Shown: positions 44,041 through 55,836 of the stretch, piece by piece
Numbering within the stretch: position 1 is the first letter of the stretch
How the letters are laid out: the number at the start of each line of letters is the position of its first letter
From: Nitrospirota bacterium
Lineage (GTDB): Bacteria > Nitrospirota > UBA9217
Direction: 5' to 3'
Length of the DNA: 64,000 bases
Assembly (NCBI GenBank): GCA_963741205.1
Contig: CAVUHW010000018.1
Span: 96,001 to 160,000, forward strand
Notes under the pieces: generated by a model
The model's database searches: none
Told to the model about the DNA's origin: nothing
The model's input: the letters and a program-made list of their open reading frames with translations, nothing else
Translations under genes and position numbers: made by a program

Positions 44041-44778
44041 CTACAATTTGCCTGCTCGCTCCACCATTTTGCCGGCGAGGTAGAAGAACAGCGCGGTGTA
44101 TGCCGCTAGCGCCAGCACGGAACCCGTTGACAGGTCGCCTCCGGAAGCGAGCGCCCGAAGCACGAGGCTGGCGTGCGTGAGCGGGTAGACCAGGATCAGA
44201 CTTTTGAACGGCTCGGGCATCCGGTCGGGAGAAAAAAACGTGCCGGCCAGGAACGACATGGGTACGATGAAGAAGCTGTTGAAGTTCGACATGTCCTCGT
44301 GTGAATGGGCGATCATGGCCACGGCCACGCCGGCGGCCCCGAAGCAGAACGCAGTGAGCGCCAGGATGATAAAAAAATTGACGGTCATCTGCAGGTGCAC
44401 TCCCGAAACGAACCCGACGATGAGGAGCATGAACGCCGAAAACATGCCGCGCACCAGTCCGGTGAGGGTCCTGCCGAGCGTGATGTCCCAGGGGGAGACC
44501 GGAGAGACGAGTACTTCCTCGATCGTTTTGGTGTAGAGTTTGCTGATGTTGAGCGATGTCGATACGGGCCCGAAACTGTTGTTCATGGCGGACAAGGCGA
44601 GGATCCCGGGCAGCACGAACTCAAGGTAGGACCCGCCTCCCACGTTCATCCCCCGTCCGAGCCCCCATCCGAAGGTCACAAGGTAGAGCACCGGCATGAC
44701 CAGGGAGGACGCGAGGAAGCGCCAGGGCTTCTTGCGGACCAGGAGCATTTCTTTCCAGAAAATGGGATAGAAGTTCAT
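44041..44778 (-). CDS. ABC-2 exporter permease
   Basis: YLEFVLPGILA, PMSFLAGTFF and YPLTHA. Confidence 0.9.
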   Translation of the reverse strand: MNFYPIFWKEMLLVRKKPWRFLASSLVMPVLYLVTFGWGLGRGMNVGGGSYLEFVLPGILALSAMNNSFGPVSTSLNISKLYTKTIEEVLVSPVSPWDITLGRTLTGLVRGMFSAFMLLIVGFVSGVHLQMTVNFFIILALTAFCFGAAGVAVAMIAHSHEDMSNFNSFFIVPMSFLAGTFFSPDRMPEPFKSLILVYPLTHASLVLRALASGGDLSTGSVLALAAYTALFFYLAGKMVERAGKL

Positions 44779-44893
44779 AGATAATTGCCGAACAAGATCA
44801 GAAGTACAGACGACAGAATAAGACACAGAGAATTAAGTTACGCTTCGCACTGTCTTCTGACTTCTGTACTTCTGAATTCTGTACTCTGCTTCA

Positions 44894-45736
44894 TCATCCT
44901 TCTATCCTCTCCCCCGTCAGACTGATGAACACATCTTCCAGCGTGACATCGCGGACCACGAGGTCCGCAGCACAGGTCGCGGCCGGCCTCGAGCGCCTCT
45001 TCCCTGGTCTGGAAAAACTGCCGCGGGATGTCATATCTTCCGAGACACTCGACCGCATACTTGCCGACTCCGGCCTTGAGAACGTCGCGGGCGCGTCCAG
45101 TGCGATGATCTTCCCCGCCCGCATGATGGCCACCCGGTCGCAGAGCGCATCGGCCTCCTCGATGTAGTGCGTCGTCAGCAGGATCGTGATGCCGCTCCGC
45201 TTCAGGGATTCGATGAGCCCCCAGATCATCCTCCGCGCCTGAGGATCGAGCCCCACCGTCGGCTCGTCCATGAACATGACGGCTGGCCGGTGCATGAGGC
45301 CGCGCGCGATCAGGAGTCTTCTGCGCATCCCGCCCGAGAGATGTTCGACAGGCGTGTCCTTCTTCTCCCAGAGTCCGACAAAGCGAAGGAGCTCCTCGGT
45401 CCGCGTTCGGCGGTCGTCGGGCTTCATTTTATGGAGGCGGCCGTGGTATTCAAGGTTCTCGGCGCAGGTCAGGTCGATGTCGAGGTTCAGCATCTGCGGC
45501 ACAACGCCGATCGACTGTTTGACGCCCAGGGGGTCGGCCGTCACGTCATGGCCGGCGACGGAGGCCGTGCCGGATGTCGGCGTCAGCAGCGTCGTCAGCA
45601 TGCGGATGGTCGTGGTCTTGCCCGCGCCGTTCGGGCCCAGCAGGCCGAAAACCTCGCCTTTGTCGACGCGGAAGTTGACGGACTGGACCGCGCCGAGGGC
45701 GCCGAAGTATCTGGTGAGGTCGTGCGTTTCGATCAT
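44894..45736 (-). CDS. ABC-2 exporter ATP-binding protein
   Basis: GPNGAGKTT, LSGGMRRR, DEPTVGLD and TTHY. Confidence 0.95.
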   Translation of the reverse strand: MIETHDLTRYFGALGAVQSVNFRVDKGEVFGLLGPNGAGKTTTIRMLTTLLTPTSGTASVAGHDVTADPLGVKQSIGVVPQMLNLDIDLTCAENLEYHGRLHKMKPDDRRTRTEELLRFVGLWEKKDTPVEHLSGGMRRRLLIARGLMHRPAVMFMDEPTVGLDPQARRMIWGLIESLKRSGITILLTTHYIEEADALCDRVAIMRAGKIIALDAPATFSRPESASMRSSVSEDMTSRGSFSRPGKRRSRPAATCAADLVVRDVTLEDVFISLTGERIEG

Positions 45737-45863
45737 GAGCGATATGATGCAGGAATGGGTCACGATTGCACGGTAGCCTGCACCCATCGTTACGAGTGCG
45801 TCTTCCGATCGCGTTCCATGGCAGCCTGAAGCCTCGCGCAATCCGCATCGCACGACACTCGCG

Positions 45864-47250
<1,387 letters not shown>

Positions 47251-47291
47251 GGTTTTCGTATGACCGTCATAACTACCCGCCGTCATCCCCG

Positions 47292-47335
47292 CCTGCACCC
47301 AGCGCCTACGAGTGCATTAGCGCGAATGCAGGGTG
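47292..47335 (+). mobile_element. 44-bp micro-insertion nested in a CGTC-type REP
   Basis: CCTGCACCCAGCGCCTACGAGTGCATTAGCGCGAATGCAGGGTG; removing it restores cgtcatccccg|aatgattctatcggggatcca. Confidence 0.7.
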
Positions 47336-47382
47336 AATGATTCTATCGGGGATCCATTTTTTAAACGAAACTGGATTCCCGA

Positions 47383-48540
47383 TTAAACATTTCGGGAATG
47401 ACGAGTCTGGTGGTCGTCCTTACCGTGGTAATCCTTTTTCAATAGATCAACGACCGCATCGATCTCCGCCTCCGTCGTCTCCCTGCCGAGACTGAAGCGA
47501 ATCGCGCCCCGGGCGAGATTCGGGTCGATGCCCATGGCGGTAAGCACATGCGACGGCTCGACAAGGTCGCCGTGGCAGGCTGCGCCGGGAGAAACCGCCA
47601 CGCCGGAGAGCGCCTCCATGACCGAAACGGCGTCATATCCTTCGAAGCTTATGTTCCAGGTGTTCGGGAGCTTCTTTTCGGGATGACCGTTGAGATGGAC
47701 CGTGAGCCCTGCTCTTTTCAATCCGTCATACAGCCTGTTTCCCAGTGTCATCTGACGGCGCCCTTCGGTATCAACAATCGACAGGGCAACCATGCAGGCG
47801 GCCCCCAGGCCGACGATGAACGCGGCGTTCTCCGTTCCCGGCCGCAGGCCCCGCTCGTGCCCCGCCCCGTGCAGAAGCGGCAGAAGCTTGCGTCCGCTCC
47901 TGATGTACAGCGCGCCGATTCCCTTCGGCGCATAGAACTTATGACCGGCAACGGTCAGGAAGTCCACGCCGAGTTCGTCCACATTCACGCGCACCTTGCC
48001 CACGCTCTGAGCCGCATCGGTATGAAACAGGACGCCCCTGGACGCGGCAATCCTCGCAAGCTCCTTGATTTCCTGGATCGTGCCGACCTCGTTGTTCGCA
48101 TGCATGATCGAGACGAGTGCGGTCTCGGGTGTGAGGGCTTTTTCCAGGTCAGCGGGGTCCACCATACCGTACCGGTCAACGCGCAGATACGTGACGGAGT
48201 AGCCGAAGCGCTCCAGATGCCGGCAGGGTTCCAGTATCGCCGGATGCTCGATCCGGGAGGTGATGAAGTGCTTCCCCTTCCCCGCCGCCTTCGCGATCCC
48301 CTTGATCACCATGTTGTTCGATTCCGTGGCGCCGCTCGTAAAGATGATCTCCGAGGCCTCGCAGCCAAGAAGGAGCGCCAGGCGTTCCCTTGCCTGCTCC
48401 ATGCCTGCCCGTAAGGCCGTGCCGAAGGCGTGGCTCGATGACGGGTTGCCGAATTTATCCTTTAGATAGGGCAACATCTCTTCGAACACCCGCGGATCGA
48501 CGGGCGTGCTTGCATTATAGTCGAGATAGATTGAGTTCAT
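47383..48540 (-). CDS. iscS: cysteine desulfurase (IscS/NifS family)
   Basis: YLDYNASTP, FGNPSS, FTSGATESNN, EHPAI, HTDAAQ, GHKFYAPKG and GAAC. Confidence 0.9.
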   Translation of the reverse strand: MNSIYLDYNASTPVDPRVFEEMLPYLKDKFGNPSSSHAFGTALRAGMEQARERLALLLGCEASEIIFTSGATESNNMVIKGIAKAAGKGKHFITSRIEHPAILEPCRHLERFGYSVTYLRVDRYGMVDPADLEKALTPETALVSIMHANNEVGTIQEIKELARIAASRGVLFHTDAAQSVGKVRVNVDELGVDFLTVAGHKFYAPKGIGALYIRSGRKLLPLLHGAGHERGLRPGTENAAFIVGLGAACMVALSIVDTEGRRQMTLGNRLYDGLKRAGLTVHLNGHPEKKLPNTWNISFEGYDAVSVMEALSGVAVSPGAACHGDLVEPSHVLTAMGIDPNLARGAIRFSLGRETTEAEIDAVVDLLKKDYHGKDDHQTRHSRNV

Positions 48541-48547
48541 GAAATAG

Positions 48548-48651
48548 CCCCCTCACCCCGTCCCTCTCCCACGGTGGGGAGAGGGGGGCGCTATGCACTT
48601 CGCTCACCTTTCCGTAGCCCCTCCCCTGGTGGGAGGGGTTGGGGGAGGGGG
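48548..48651. repeat. C/G-rich palindromic intergenic doublet
   Basis: ccccctcaccccgtccctctcccacggtggggagagggg ... cccctcccctggtgggaggggttgggggagggg. Confidence 0.7.
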
Positions 48652-48672
48652 AAAAGGAAGGTACAGAGATTT

Positions 48673-49612
48673 TCAGGCCCCCTGCCCGCGCGCGAACAAC
48701 CCCGTGGACAGGTAACGCTCGCCGACATCGGGAAAGACCGTCACGACCCGCCTGCCCTTTCCCAGCCGCGCTGCAACCTGGAGCGCCGCAAAGCAAGCTG
48801 CCCCGGAGGATATTCCGACAAGCAGCCCTTCCTCGCGCGCCAGGCGACGGGCGGTGCCGGCTGCGTCATCGTTCGATACCTGGATGACCTCGTGATACAC
48901 CCCGGTATTCAAAATCGCGGGAAAGAACCCCGCGCCGAGTCCCTGGATGCGGTGAGGCCCGGGCTGGCCCCCGGAAAGCACCGGAGAGCTTGCGGGTTCC
49001 ACGGCGACGATCTTGACATTCTTGAATTTCTTTCTGAGGACCTCGCCCACGCCCGTGATCGTCCCGCCGGTGCCGACGCCCGCGACAAAGGCGTCGATCT
49101 TCTTCGCGCCCATCTGCTTGAGGATCTCTTTGGCTGTCGTGCGTCGATGCACCTGGGGGTTCGCGGGGTTGCCGAACTGGTCGGGCTTGAAATACTTCCT
49201 GCCCGACGCGAGAAGCAGCTCGTCGGCCTTTGCGATGGCGCCCTTCATGCCCTTATCCGCCGGAGTAAGCACCAGTTCCGCGCCGTATGCCTCGAGCAGG
49301 TTCCGGCGTTCGAGGCTCATGGACTCCGGCATCGTGAGGATGAGGGAATACCCCTTGATCGCCGCGACCATGGCGAGACCGATCCCGGTATTGCCGCTCG
49401 TGGGCTCCACGATCGTCATGCCCTTCCTGAGCTTGCCCTTTTTCTCGGCGTCCTCGATCATGGCAAGGGCCGGCCGGTCCTTCACGCTGCCGCCGGGGTT
49501 GAATCCCTCGAGCTTTGCCCACACCTCGGCGTCGCCCGGCCCGTCAAGCCGCGAAAGTTTCAGCATCGGCGTGTTCCCGATCAGATCGAGTATGGTCCGT
49601 ACCTTCTGCCAA
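48673..49612 (-). CDS. cysK: cysteine synthase A
   Basis: [41 protein letters not shown] and GERYLST. Confidence 0.95.
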
Positions 49613-49676
49613 GGCTCACTCCCATCGTCGCTCGTTCACCTTCCGCACTCCGCACTTACCAACCGCTTTCCGCACT

Positions 49677-50714
49677 TCATTGCAGGATGTCCTCGACTGC
49701 AAGAATGGCCCCGCCCGGCCTGCCGTAGAAGTCGACCGGGGCCTTGCCGTTCACCGCAAGCCGGACGTCCTCCACCATTTGTCCCAGGTTCATCTCAACC
49801 ACCAGGAACCGGCCGGCGTTCTCGGCGATCCTCGATATGATCTTTTCCGGAAACGGGAAGAGCGTGATCGGCCGGACGAGCCCCGCCTTGATCCCTTCCG
49901 CCCTCGCAAGGTTCACGGCGGTCTTTGCGATTCGCGCCGCAGTGCCGAATGCCGCCAGGACGATGTCGGCGTCATCGGTCAGCATGGTTTCGCACAACAC
50001 CTCGTGTTCCGCCATGCGGTCGTACTTGGCCTTTAATACATAGTTATGGCGCTCGAGCATCCCTTCCTCTCCCGGCGACGCGAACAGGGACCGGATGACC
50101 TTGCCCGGTTTGCCCGCGGGAGCGCCTGTCAGGGCCCAGGGCTTCTCGACCCGTTCCGGTTTGATGTCCGGCAGTTCCACGGGCTCCATCATCTGCCCCA
50201 GCACCGCGTCCCCCAGGATCATCACCGGATTGCGGTATTCATCGGCCTTTTCGAAGGCCCTCACGGTCAGGTCGACGACCTCCTGGATCGTGGACGGCGC
50301 GTACACGAGAAGCTTGTAATCGCCGTGCCCCCCGCCTTTGACGGCCTGGAAATAATCCGCCTGTGACGGAGCGATGTTCCCCAGGCCCGGCCCCCCGCGC
50401 TGCATGTTCACGATCACCGCGGGCAGCTCCGACGCGGCCATGAACGAGAGCGCCTCCTGCATGAGGCTGATGCCCGGGCTCGATGACGAGGTCATGGCCC
50501 TCTCGCCGACCGCCGCCGCGCCGTAGACCATGTTGATGGCCGCGATCTCGCTTTCAGCCTGGATGAAGGTCCCGCCGATTTCCGGCAGGCGGCGGGACAT
50601 GTACTCCGGGATTTCGTTCTGCGGCGTGATGGGATAGCCGAAGTAGCGCTTGCAGCCGGCCCTGACCGCGGCCTCGGCGAGGGCTTCATTGCCGCTTATG
50701 AGAACTTTAGCCAT
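49677..50714 (-). CDS. vorB: 2-oxoacid:ferredoxin oxidoreductase alpha subunit (VorB type)
   Basis: GNEALAEAA, GYPITPQNE, QAESE, SSSPG, RGGPGLG and EMNLGQM. Confidence 0.9.
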   Translation of the reverse strand: MAKVLISGNEALAEAAVRAGCKRYFGYPITPQNEIPEYMSRRLPEIGGTFIQAESEIAAINMVYGAAAVGERAMTSSSSPGISLMQEALSFMAASELPAVIVNMQRGGPGLGNIAPSQADYFQAVKGGGHGDYKLLVYAPSTIQEVVDLTVRAFEKADEYRNPVMILGDAVLGQMMEPVELPDIKPERVEKPWALTGAPAGKPGKVIRSLFASPGEEGMLERHNYVLKAKYDRMAEHEVLCETMLTDDADIVLAAFGTAARIAKTAVNLARAEGIKAGLVRPITLFPFPEKIISRIAENAGRFLVVEMNLGQMVEDVRLAVNGKAPVDFYGRPGGAILAVEDILQ

Positions 50715-50772
50715 AGCCGTTCCTTTTCGTTTCCGGATGTAAGTTGCGAGTTACGATTCAACGGGTTGCGGG

Positions 50773-50814
50773 CTTACACCCAGCGGTGATGAGTGCTCGC
50801 GCGAATGCAGGGTG
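50773..50814 (+). mobile_element. 42-bp micro-insertion nested in a heptamer inverted array (50742-50839)
   Basis: CTTACACCCAGCGGTGATGAGTGCTCGCGCGAATGCAGGGTG; removing it restores gttgcggg|tttaaacacgcaac. Confidence 0.7.
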
Positions 50815-50858
50815 TTTAAACACGCAACGCGCAACGAGCCTTTATGCATCATGCGTCC

Positions 50859-51065
50859 CTACCGCCACACTTCAATCGCGACATCGGGGCACATCTCGGC
50901 GCACAATGCACAGCCGGTGCATGCCCCTTCTTCGCCTCGATACTCCACGGTATAGTACCCGCTCTTGCTGAACTGCGTGCCGACTTTCAGGAGTTTCTTC
51001 GCGCACGCCGCGATGCAGAGCTCGCAGCCCTTGCAATATTCTATGTTGATGACGACCTTGCCCAT
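50859..51065 (-). CDS. 2[4Fe-4S] ferredoxin, oxidoreductase delta subunit
   Basis: CKGCELCIAAC and CTGCALCAEMCPD. Confidence 0.9.
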   Translation of the reverse strand: MGKVVINIEYCKGCELCIAACAKKLLKVGTQFSKSGYYTVEYRGEEGACTGCALCAEMCPDVAIEVWR

Positions 51066-51160
51066 AAGGATATTCTCCGGTAAAAATAAGTTCAAAGTTC
51101 AGAGTATATAATCGTCTGCAGCTCTTTCCTTGCACGTTGAACTATGAACTCAAAACTGCT

Positions 51161-52864
51161 TCACCCGTTGCCCCGCGCGATCATCTCCTCGGCGTGCCTG
51201 ATCGTCGCATCGGTAATAATTTTTCCGCCGAGCATGCGCGCAATTTCGTCGACGCGCTCCCGTTCATCGAGCAGGCGCACCTCGGTGCTCGTCCGGTCTT
51301 TCTTCACGGACTTGGATACGCCGTAATGGCTGTCGGCCATGCAGGCGATCTGCGGCAGATGAGTGATGCAGAACACCTGTCGCTTCGCCGCCACGCGCTT
51401 GAGCTTTTTGCCGACCTCTTCGGCGACGGCGCCGCCGATACCCGCGTCCACCTCGTCGAAGACGACGGTGGGGATGCCGTCGCCCTCGACCAGGATGGTC
51501 TTCAAGGCCAGCATGATGCGCGACAGTTCGCCGCCCGAGGCGATCTTCGCGAGCGATTTCGGCTCCTCGCCGGGGTTCGGCGAAATGAGGAACTCCACGC
51601 GGTCCGCGCCGCGCGGTCCGAGCTTCAGGCCGTCCAGGGTGTCGCCGCCCGGCTCCTGCGCGATCGTCACGGAGAAGACGGTTTTTTTCATGCCCAGATG
51701 GCCGAGCTCCGCCTCCGTCTTTTTTTCAAGGCCCCGCGCCGCCGCCCCGCGCTTCTTCGTGAGTTCGCTCGCCTTATCGGTCAGCCCGAACTTGATCGCC
51801 TGGATTTTCGATTTCAGCTTCTCGATCTCCTCGGTGCTCCGCTCCATCCGCTCGAGTTCAGACGCCGCCTTCGCGCCGAATGCCGATGATTTCCTCGATG
51901 GTGCGTCCCGTACTTCCGCTTCAGTTTCTGGATCATGTCCAGACGGTCGCCGATCTGCTCCAACCGGGCGGGGTCGAACTCCAGTCCTTCGCGGTAGGAG
52001 GATATTTCACGCGCGGCCTCCTCGATCTGCGCGCTGCCCGACTGGCAGAGCTCCAGCGCCCCGGCAAGCCGGCTGTCGAGCTCGACCACGTCCGCAAGCC
52101 CGTCGATGGCCTTTTTCAGGCCGGCCAGCGCGGAGCCGTCGGCCGAATACAAGGCCTCGTCGACCATGGCGGCGAGACCTGCGAGTTTCTCCGAGTTGGC
52201 CAGGACCTTTTGTTCCGCGGCGAGTTCGGCGTCCTCTCCCCGCTTTGAGCATGGCGGCTTCGATCTCGTTCTTCTGGAAGCGGAGCATGTCCTCACGCTG
52301 CGCCCGGTCGCGTTCGCCCGCTTCGAGCTCCGCCAGCTCCTTCCGCACGTCCATCAGACTGCGGTATTTTGCCGTAACTTCGTCCCGGAGGCCCTCAAGC
52401 CCCCCGAAGGAATCGAGCATCTCCATCTGGTGTTCGAGCGACAGGAGCGACTGGTGCTCGTGCTGGCCGTGGATGTCCGCAAGGCCCGCGCCGAGCGCCG
52501 CAAGGGTATTGAGGTTCGCCAGACTGCCGTTGATGTAGACTTTGTTCTTCCCGGACGCCGAAAGCACCCTGCGCACGATCAGGTCCTCGCCGTCAGTCAC
52601 TTCGATCCCCTGCCCGCCCAGGAGGGCGGCCGCATCCTTCATGCCGCGTCCCTCCAGTTCGAAGGCAGCCTCCACCACGGCCTCATCGGAGCCGGTGCGG
52701 ATAAGTTCCGCGCTGGCGCGTTCGCCCAGTGCCAGGTTCAAGGCATCGACCACGATGGACTTTCCCGCGCCGGTCTCGCCGGTGAACACGTTCAGCCCCG
52801 GCGTGAACTCCACCCGGAGCTGGTCAATGATGGCAAAGTTTTTGATGTTCAGTTCTTTTAGCAT
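51161..52864 (-). CDS. recN: DNA repair protein RecN (frameshifted)
   Basis: NFAII, TGETGAGKS, HGQHEHQ, IASGGELSR, FDEVDAG and ITHLPQ. Confidence 0.95.
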
Positions 52865-52887
52865 AGGAAAAACAAATTCTAATAGTA

Positions 52888-53556
52888 TCAGAGGATTGCA
52901 GCGAACGCGGGAATCCATTCGAAGTTTATCGATAAGGGCCAATGGATACCTGCTTTCGCAGGTTGACACACGGAACTATTTGGAATTTGGTGCTTGTGCT
53001 TTTGCTTCACCGCTTCCGCCTTCTTCATGGCAAAACGCTCCTGTGTCGATTTTCCCTTTCCACCGGCCTTCCGGTAATACTCCGCGGCCTGTTCCTTCAT
53101 GCCCATGCGCTCGCTGGCGCGGCCTGCCCAATAGTAGGCGGTGCCTACCCACATGCCGGAATCCGGATAGAGTTCCGGGATCTTCAGGAATTCTGCCGCG
53201 GCCTCCCTGTCATTGCCGAGCAGAAAGGAGCAGAACCCTATCCAGTACTGGGTTGCAGGACGTTGAGACGGCTTCTGGATCTGCAGGGCGCGCCGGTATG
53301 CCTGAAGCGCGTTCGGGTAATCACCAAGCCGGAAGTAGCAATCGCCGATACGGGAATGAACATTGCCTGCCGCTTCAGGCTCGGATGGTTTAGAGAGGAG
53401 GTCTTGATAAAGCCGGAGGGCATCGGAGTATTTACCCGAGGAAAACATCCGGTCAGCCTTGAGGAAATCAGGAGAGGAAGACTGGCTGGTAGTCGCGTTT
53501 GATATGCCCGCGGATATGAACAGAAAAAGGAGTGACGGAAGCAAAACTTTTTTCAT
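52888..53556 (-). CDS. secreted TPR protein (YbgF/BamD-like); C-terminus runs into a REP repeat
   Basis: Signal peptide, TPR helices, and EFLKIPELYPDS..WV..AYY..G. Confidence 0.8.
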   Translation of the reverse strand: MKKVLLPSLLFLFISAGISNATTSQSSSPDFLKADRMFSSGKYSDALRLYQDLLSKPSEPEAAGNVHSRIGDCYFRLGDYPNALQAYRRALQIQKPSQRPATQYWIGFCSFLLGNDREAAAEFLKIPELYPDSGMWVGTAYYWAGRASERMGMKEQAAEYYRKAGGKGKSTQERFAMKKAEAVKQKHKHQIPNSSVCQPAKAGIHWPLSINFEWIPAFAAIL

Positions 53557-53730
53557 ACCATGACCCCCTCGGACCGTGTCAAATTTAACACAAAGCCGAC
53601 ACCTGTACAAGAGCAAAATCTTATTACTATTCTTTTCATGCGGCAACCTTACTATTTAACAAGTTCTCGACTGCTCGCAAATGGGGACGTAGCTGATATA
53701 CAATTTTGTCGAACCTGTGCAACTAAATGA

Positions 53731-53743
53731 AATCAATTCGTTA
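53731..53743 (+). promoter_or_regulatory. IHF-binding consensus
   Basis: AATCAA-TTCG-TTA matches WATCAANNNNTTR, upstream of a sigma54 motif. Confidence 0.55.
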
Positions 53744-53845
53744 GCCGAAAATTACTACCCTCGGCCTCGACAATTTTTTCCTAGCATTATGCCCTCCGTT
53801 TTAACCTAAGCCATAATAACTCAAATAAACAATGCATTACATAAT

Positions 53846-53860
53846 TGGCACAGATGTTGA
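53846..53860 (+). promoter_or_regulatory. sigma54 (-24/-12) promoter
   Basis: TGGCAC-AGATG-TTGA versus consensus TGGCAC-N5-TTGC. Confidence 0.7.
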
Positions 53861-53874
53861 AATAGAATGTAGCA

Positions 53875-53965
53875 AAGCTGGAACAATGGGCACTGTCATC
53901 CCCCTCCCCTCCTCGCTTTCATAGGAGGAAATCCCCTTGGCGATGCCCGTTGTTCCAGCTTCTTC
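53875..53965 (+). ncRNA. candidate structured leader or small RNA
   Basis: 18-bp outer stem (53875-53892 with 53944-53961, one G.U), inner cctcct/aggagg hairpin, C-rich linkers; begins just after the predicted sigma54 start site. Confidence 0.45.
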
Positions 53966-54071
53966 AAAAAGATCATTCCCAAGGATTCAATCGGAGATCT
54001 GGCTTCTCACTGCGTTATGCAAACCATTTCCCGATAGAATGACTCGGGACGACAAGAAACGGAGACACAAA

Positions 54072-54407
54072 ATGTTTTTCAGCATGAATCGATGCAAAAA
54101 TATCGGACCGCAGGAACTGAACGAAAAAATGCAATCCAGCGAGGATTTTTTTCTTCTCGATGTGCGCACGCCGCAGGAAAACGCTGCTCAGGCGATCGAA
54201 GGATCTTACCTGATCCCTCTGCAGGAACTGGGGTTCAGGATGAGCGAACTTCCGAAAAACAAGGAAATCGTCGTGTATTGCAGGGTCGGAAACCGGAGCG
54301 CCTATGCTTGTTCCCATCTGTCGCGTCTGGGATACCAGGTCAAAAATCTTGAAGGCGGTATCGTGTCATGGAACATGGCTGGAAATGCCTCATTGGCCAA
54401 GGCTTAG
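54072..54407 (+). CDS. single-domain rhodanese
   Basis: LLDVRT..E, IVVYCRVGNRS and NLEGGI..W. Confidence 0.9.
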   Translation: MFFSMNRCKNIGPQELNEKMQSSEDFFLLDVRTPQENAAQAIEGSYLIPLQELGFRMSELPKNKEIVVYCRVGNRSAYACSHLSRLGYQVKNLEGGIVSWNMAGNASLAKA

Positions 54408-54422
54408 AAGAAATGACGAAGC

Positions 54423-55776
54423 ATGAAGCAGGACGTGCGCGATCGCGAGGTTCGCTTTCATCATCGCCCTGCTCCTGCTGCTCACGCTCGCCGTGGCGTC
54501 TTACAGCTACGCCGCGGAGGCCCTCACGCTGGAGCAGGCCGTCGGCAAGGCCCTTGACAACAACCCGGCGCTCAAGGCCGCCGGAGGCGCAGGTCGAGGT
54601 AGCCGACGCCGGCGTGCTCAGGTCGACATCGGGCTTTCTGCCCAGGGTCACGCTGTCGGAGACCTGGAGCAGGACCGACAGCCCTCTCATGGCGCTCGGC
54701 ACGAAACTGAACCAGGAGATCGTCACCCCGGCGGACTTTGATCCCTCGGTCATGAACAATCCCGAGGCGATCTCGAACTACAACACGAGGCTCGCCGTCA
54801 TGCAGCCCGTCTTCAGCGGCGGCAAGGAATACATCGGCAGGAAACAGGCCAGGCTCGCGAAGGAAGCCTCGATCCAGGACCGCGAGCGGGCGCGGCAGGA
54901 GACGGTGTACGGCGTGGTGAAGGCCTACTACGGCCTGCTGCTCGCCAGGGAATACCACAAGGTCGCGCTCCAGTCCCTCGAAACGAGCGAGGCGAACGTG
55001 AAGCTCGCCGAGGCGCGGTACAAGGCGGGTGCGGTGCTCCAGTCGGACCTCCTCGGGGCCAAGGTGCAGTTGGCCGAGGTGAAGGAAATGCTGACCCGCT
55101 CCGAGAACGGCGTGAGGCTCGCCGCAGCCGCGCTCAATTTCGCCATGGGCGTCCCGCAGGGCGCGGAGTATGACGTCTCCGGCGCGCTCCAGGCCCAGGA
55201 CATCAAAGCCGAAGTAGACGCCCTGATGGACGAGGCCGAGAAGAAACGTCCCGACCTCATGTCCATGGAGCTGAACCGGGCGAACGCCGAACAGTCGGTT
55301 GACCATGGCGCGGGCCGATTACCTCCCGAGCCTGTACCGTCATGGGCCAGGCGGACTGGAACAGCGACCGGCTCGCCGGAGATGACGCAAAGAGCTGGGC
55401 GGTCATGGCAGTGCTCCAGTGGAACCTCTTCGACGGGCTCGTGACCCGATCGAAGGTCAAGGAAGCGCTCGCAACGAGCAGCAGGATGAAATCCCTGGAG
55501 GAACAGACCAGGTCGGCGGTCCGGCTCCAGGTCCGGCAGGCATACTACAACCTGACTGCGTCGCTCGACCGGATCGCGGCATCGGCATCGTCGGTCCAGG
55601 AGGCCGAGGAAGGCTTACGGATCGTCCAGAAGCGGTACGAGACGGGCATGACGACCTTCGTCGACGTGCTCGGCGCCGAGAACTCGCTGATCCGCGCGCG
55701 GACGAACTCGCTCCAGGCCGTCTACGACAACAACCTCGCCCTGGCGGAGTTGAAACTGGCGATGGGAACGCTGTAA
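54423..55776 (+). CDS. TolC-family outer membrane protein (frameshifted)
   Basis: LTLEQAV..AL.NNP, YYGLLLA, RYKAG, WNLFDG and RYETG..T..DVL. Confidence 0.9.
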
Positions 55777-55836
55777 ATGCGGATTGCGGAGTTCAGAGAT
55801 ACAGGAAGTTCAAAGATCAAAAGCAGAGGAGACATC

